From the NCBI RefSeq assembly GCF_963921235.1, contig NC_086097.1, positions 120,592,001-120,656,000 of the forward strand: a stretch of DNA of 64,000 bases, read 5' to 3'. Shown piece by piece: positions 61,959-64,000 of the stretch; within the stretch, counting starts at the first letter, position 1; every line of letters starts with the position of its first letter. Under the pieces are notes generated by a model. That model saw only the letters and a list, made by a program, of their open reading frames with translations, did no database searches and had not been told where the DNA came from. The stretch comes from Mobula hypostoma (Eukaryota). Made by a program: the position numbers and the translations under genes.

Positions 61959-63133
61959 ATTTGGCTGAAACATTTCTGCCAACCTTGTATGAGACAGGGT
62001 GTAGTGAGATAAGAGGTAGTGAGGGAGCTGGGACGGACGTAGCAGTAGCCAGGAAAGAATTTGTGCAGACGCAGGAGCGAGACGAGGGGCTGATGGTTTT
62101 GGCCGAGACCGCTCTCTCTGACACAGCCTTGACAAGCTATTGTGCGGATAAGGAGGTGCTAAGGAAGAAAGGGAAATCAAGTACAGCATCCGCAGATGAG
62201 GAGTGGGGGGTGGTGCAAAAGAGTTATGGGGATGAGGTTTTTAACATGGCCCACGAGGTACCCCCCGGTGGACATTTTGCGGTGCTGGAGGAAACAGTTG
62301 GTGGAATCATGAAAGAGAGTTACCGGCTGCCCAGGGGGAAAAATGTTATTGATCATGACCGACGCGAACTGAGACGGTCACCGGCTTTTGATATGCTAAC
62401 AAACCTAGTCGGTGTTAGCGTGGAAATCAATGAAGCTAGGGGCCCCTTGATAAGAGGAAAAAACCATTTTGAAAAGATTAGGATGGGATCGGTCAGATGG
62501 GAGAAGGCTATTGTTTTGGCCAGGTCTACTGATAAGGTCTCTCCCTTAATCCCCGAAGGAGTAATTAAACGACTCGCACCCATGTGTTTGATTGTCCCGA
62601 GGAAATGCAAAGAACTGGGACGTTGGGTTATGTCGGTTACAATAGGGCGGCCAAGTAAACAACACCCATATTTTTTGAGTAATTCAGTGACTAAAGGGCT
62701 GATGAACACAGAGGTGTGTATTGGCAATTTAACACGGCTGTCTGAAGCCACCTTGATAGTGAACCTTGGAAAAAATGAATTCGGCCACACGAATGTCACT
62801 TACCTGGGAATTGTGGTGACACAGGGGCAGCTGGCAGTGATGCAAGCTACAGTGCAGGCTATCGCTGACCTCCCAACCCCGACATACAAGAGGGCCCTCA
62901 GAAGGCTTTTGGAGATGGTGGGGTACTGCAGGAAGTTTTGCAATAACTCTGCGGTCAATACCCGTCCCCCTCCTACTAAGCCCTTGCGAGGGAAAATTGA
63001 GTCGGAATGGGACGACCCTTGTTGTTGTGGTCCGGGACAAAACCAAATGAGAGGTTACATTGGTCGCAATTCATCAGTGTTTTTGGCCACTATGAAGTTT
63101 GCTGAGTTGGAGCCTGGTCTAAGGGATTATTAA
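61952..63133 (+). CDS. Open 393-aa ORF made of deleted and degenerate integrase, RT and RNase H pieces; catalytically dead
   Basis: MAHEVPPGGHF (integrase HH); PSKQHPY (RT start); NTEVCIGNL in place of YIDD; VNLGKNEFGHTNVTYLG...MVGYCRKFC (RT thumb); no DDE core. Confidence 0.65.
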   Translation: MVNLAETFLPTLYETGCSEIRGSEGAGTDVAVARKEFVQTQERDEGLMVLAETALSDTALTSYCADKEVLRKKGKSSTASADEEWGVVQKSYGDEVFNMAHEVPPGGHFAVLEETVGGIMKESYRLPRGKNVIDHDRRELRRSPAFDMLTNLVGVSVEINEARGPLIRGKNHFEKIRMGSVRWEKAIVLARSTDKVSPLIPEGVIKRLAPMCLIVPRKCKELGRWVMSVTIGRPSKQHPYFLSNSVTKGLMNTEVCIGNLTRLSEATLIVNLGKNEFGHTNVTYLGIVVTQGQLAVMQATVQAIADLPTPTYKRALRRLLEMVGYCRKFCNNSAVNTRPPPTKPLRGKIESEWDDPCCCGPGQNQMRGYIGRNSSVFLATMKFAELEPGLRDY

Positions 63134-63293
63134 TAACACGTGTAAAAGGAACAGAAAATGTGATGACTGTCTGTCAAGGTATTGACAGCTTCAAATTCTC
63201 TGTATTAGCTAAATAACTGTTAAAGATGTATATTGTGTATGTATCAGATAATGTAGTCATGTTTGTAATTTTTACCTCCCGGTAAAAATCCTT

Positions 63294-63305
63294 AAAGGGG
63301 GGGAG
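63294..63305 (+). promoter_or_regulatory. Polypurine tract
   Basis: AAAGGGGGGGAG directly before the 3' LTR. Confidence 0.9.
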
Positions 63306-64000
63306 TGTTACGAGAATACACATAAAATTAAGATGTTTGCTGGCCTGGGCTAGCATCAGTGGCATCAGCAGTTGGTCTGCCACCTGCCCTCAGGGGAAGG
63401 AGAGATAAGGAACAATGGAGCAGCGTCTGGAGATGTGTAATGAAGGGATGTGGGAGGAAGAGCTGTCTGGAGCGGCTCCCCCCTTTGAACCCTGAACTGT
63501 TTGAAGTGATGGACAGGCGATACCCCAGCAGGAGGATAAAAAGGGACAGGTTCGCTAAGACAGACACACACGCCACCCGAGGTAACGAGACCCTGGAAGC
63601 GGTGCGCTTCTCACGAGTGGGTGGGAAGTCCCAGACAACGACAAGGGTGGAAAGGTACGATCAGCGGGAACCCGGTGTGTGTCCGCCCTTGCCTGGGTGC
63701 CGGGTTCACTGCAGAGGATCGACCGCATCTGGAGGAGGGGTCACAGTCGGTGACCTCAGGTGACATCACCAAGGACCTGCCCAAAAGCTGTTTGTGAGCC
63801 ATCTCGCTGGTCTGTGAGCCATCCTGCTGGTCTGTGAGTGAAGCCGTTCTGAATGATGAGTTGTTCCTATTCTATCTCTCTCTTCCCCCACGTTGTCCAT
63901 CGCCATGGCAACGATTACTGCGAACTGAACTACAAACTGGACTGAACTTTGGGTCATTTTGAAATTGGTCATTTAACCCCTAGACAACGATAGAGCTTGA
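63306..64000 (+). repeat. 3' LTR (truncated by window end)
   Basis: Near-identical direct repeat of 59315-60009. Confidence 0.97.

Larger units (their letters stand above)
59315..64000 (+). mobile_element. Young non-autonomous Gmr1-like (Ty3/Gypsy, INT-before-RT) LTR retrotransposon; 3' LTR runs off the window
   Basis: 881-bp 5' LTR, tRNA-Pro PBS, gag-PR ORF, degenerate pol ORF, PPT and 3' LTR. Only two LTR differences were seen over the 695 bp that can be compared. Inserted in a Rex1 3' tail after ATAT. Confidence 0.95.

Overview
This window is vertebrate non-genic (intronic or intergenic) DNA made almost entirely of transposable elements. I could not identify any host protein-coding exon, rRNA, tRNA gene or CRISPR array. 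The repeat spectrum suggests a cartilaginous fish (inference): CR1, Rex1/Babar, RTE, L1-like and Penelope retroelements, plus V-SINE/HE1-like, CORE and Deu-domain SINEs. The main structures are: (1) a decayed endogenous retrovirus (gag-pro//int, minus strand, 1.06-3.3 kb). (2) A complete but broken Ty3/Gypsy element (17689-22173, 5-bp TSD ATGAG) with no tRNA PBS; its leader is instead complementary to its own LTR, and its RT motif is YLDN. (3) A very young Gmr1-type LTR element (59315 to beyond 64000; tRNA-Pro PBS) with intact gag-protease and an open but catalytically dead patchwork pol ORF, plus three solo LTRs of the same family. (4) Several short Penelope-derived insertions with TSDs that carry minimal hammerhead ribozymes, some as long inverted repeats. 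(5) A twister-like remnant at the 5' end of an RTE-derived element. (6) A 21-bp minisatellite born from a CR1 RT motif. (7) A double-palindromic mariner MITE. All alignments and counts were done by eye, and boundaries of old LINE fragments are approximate.
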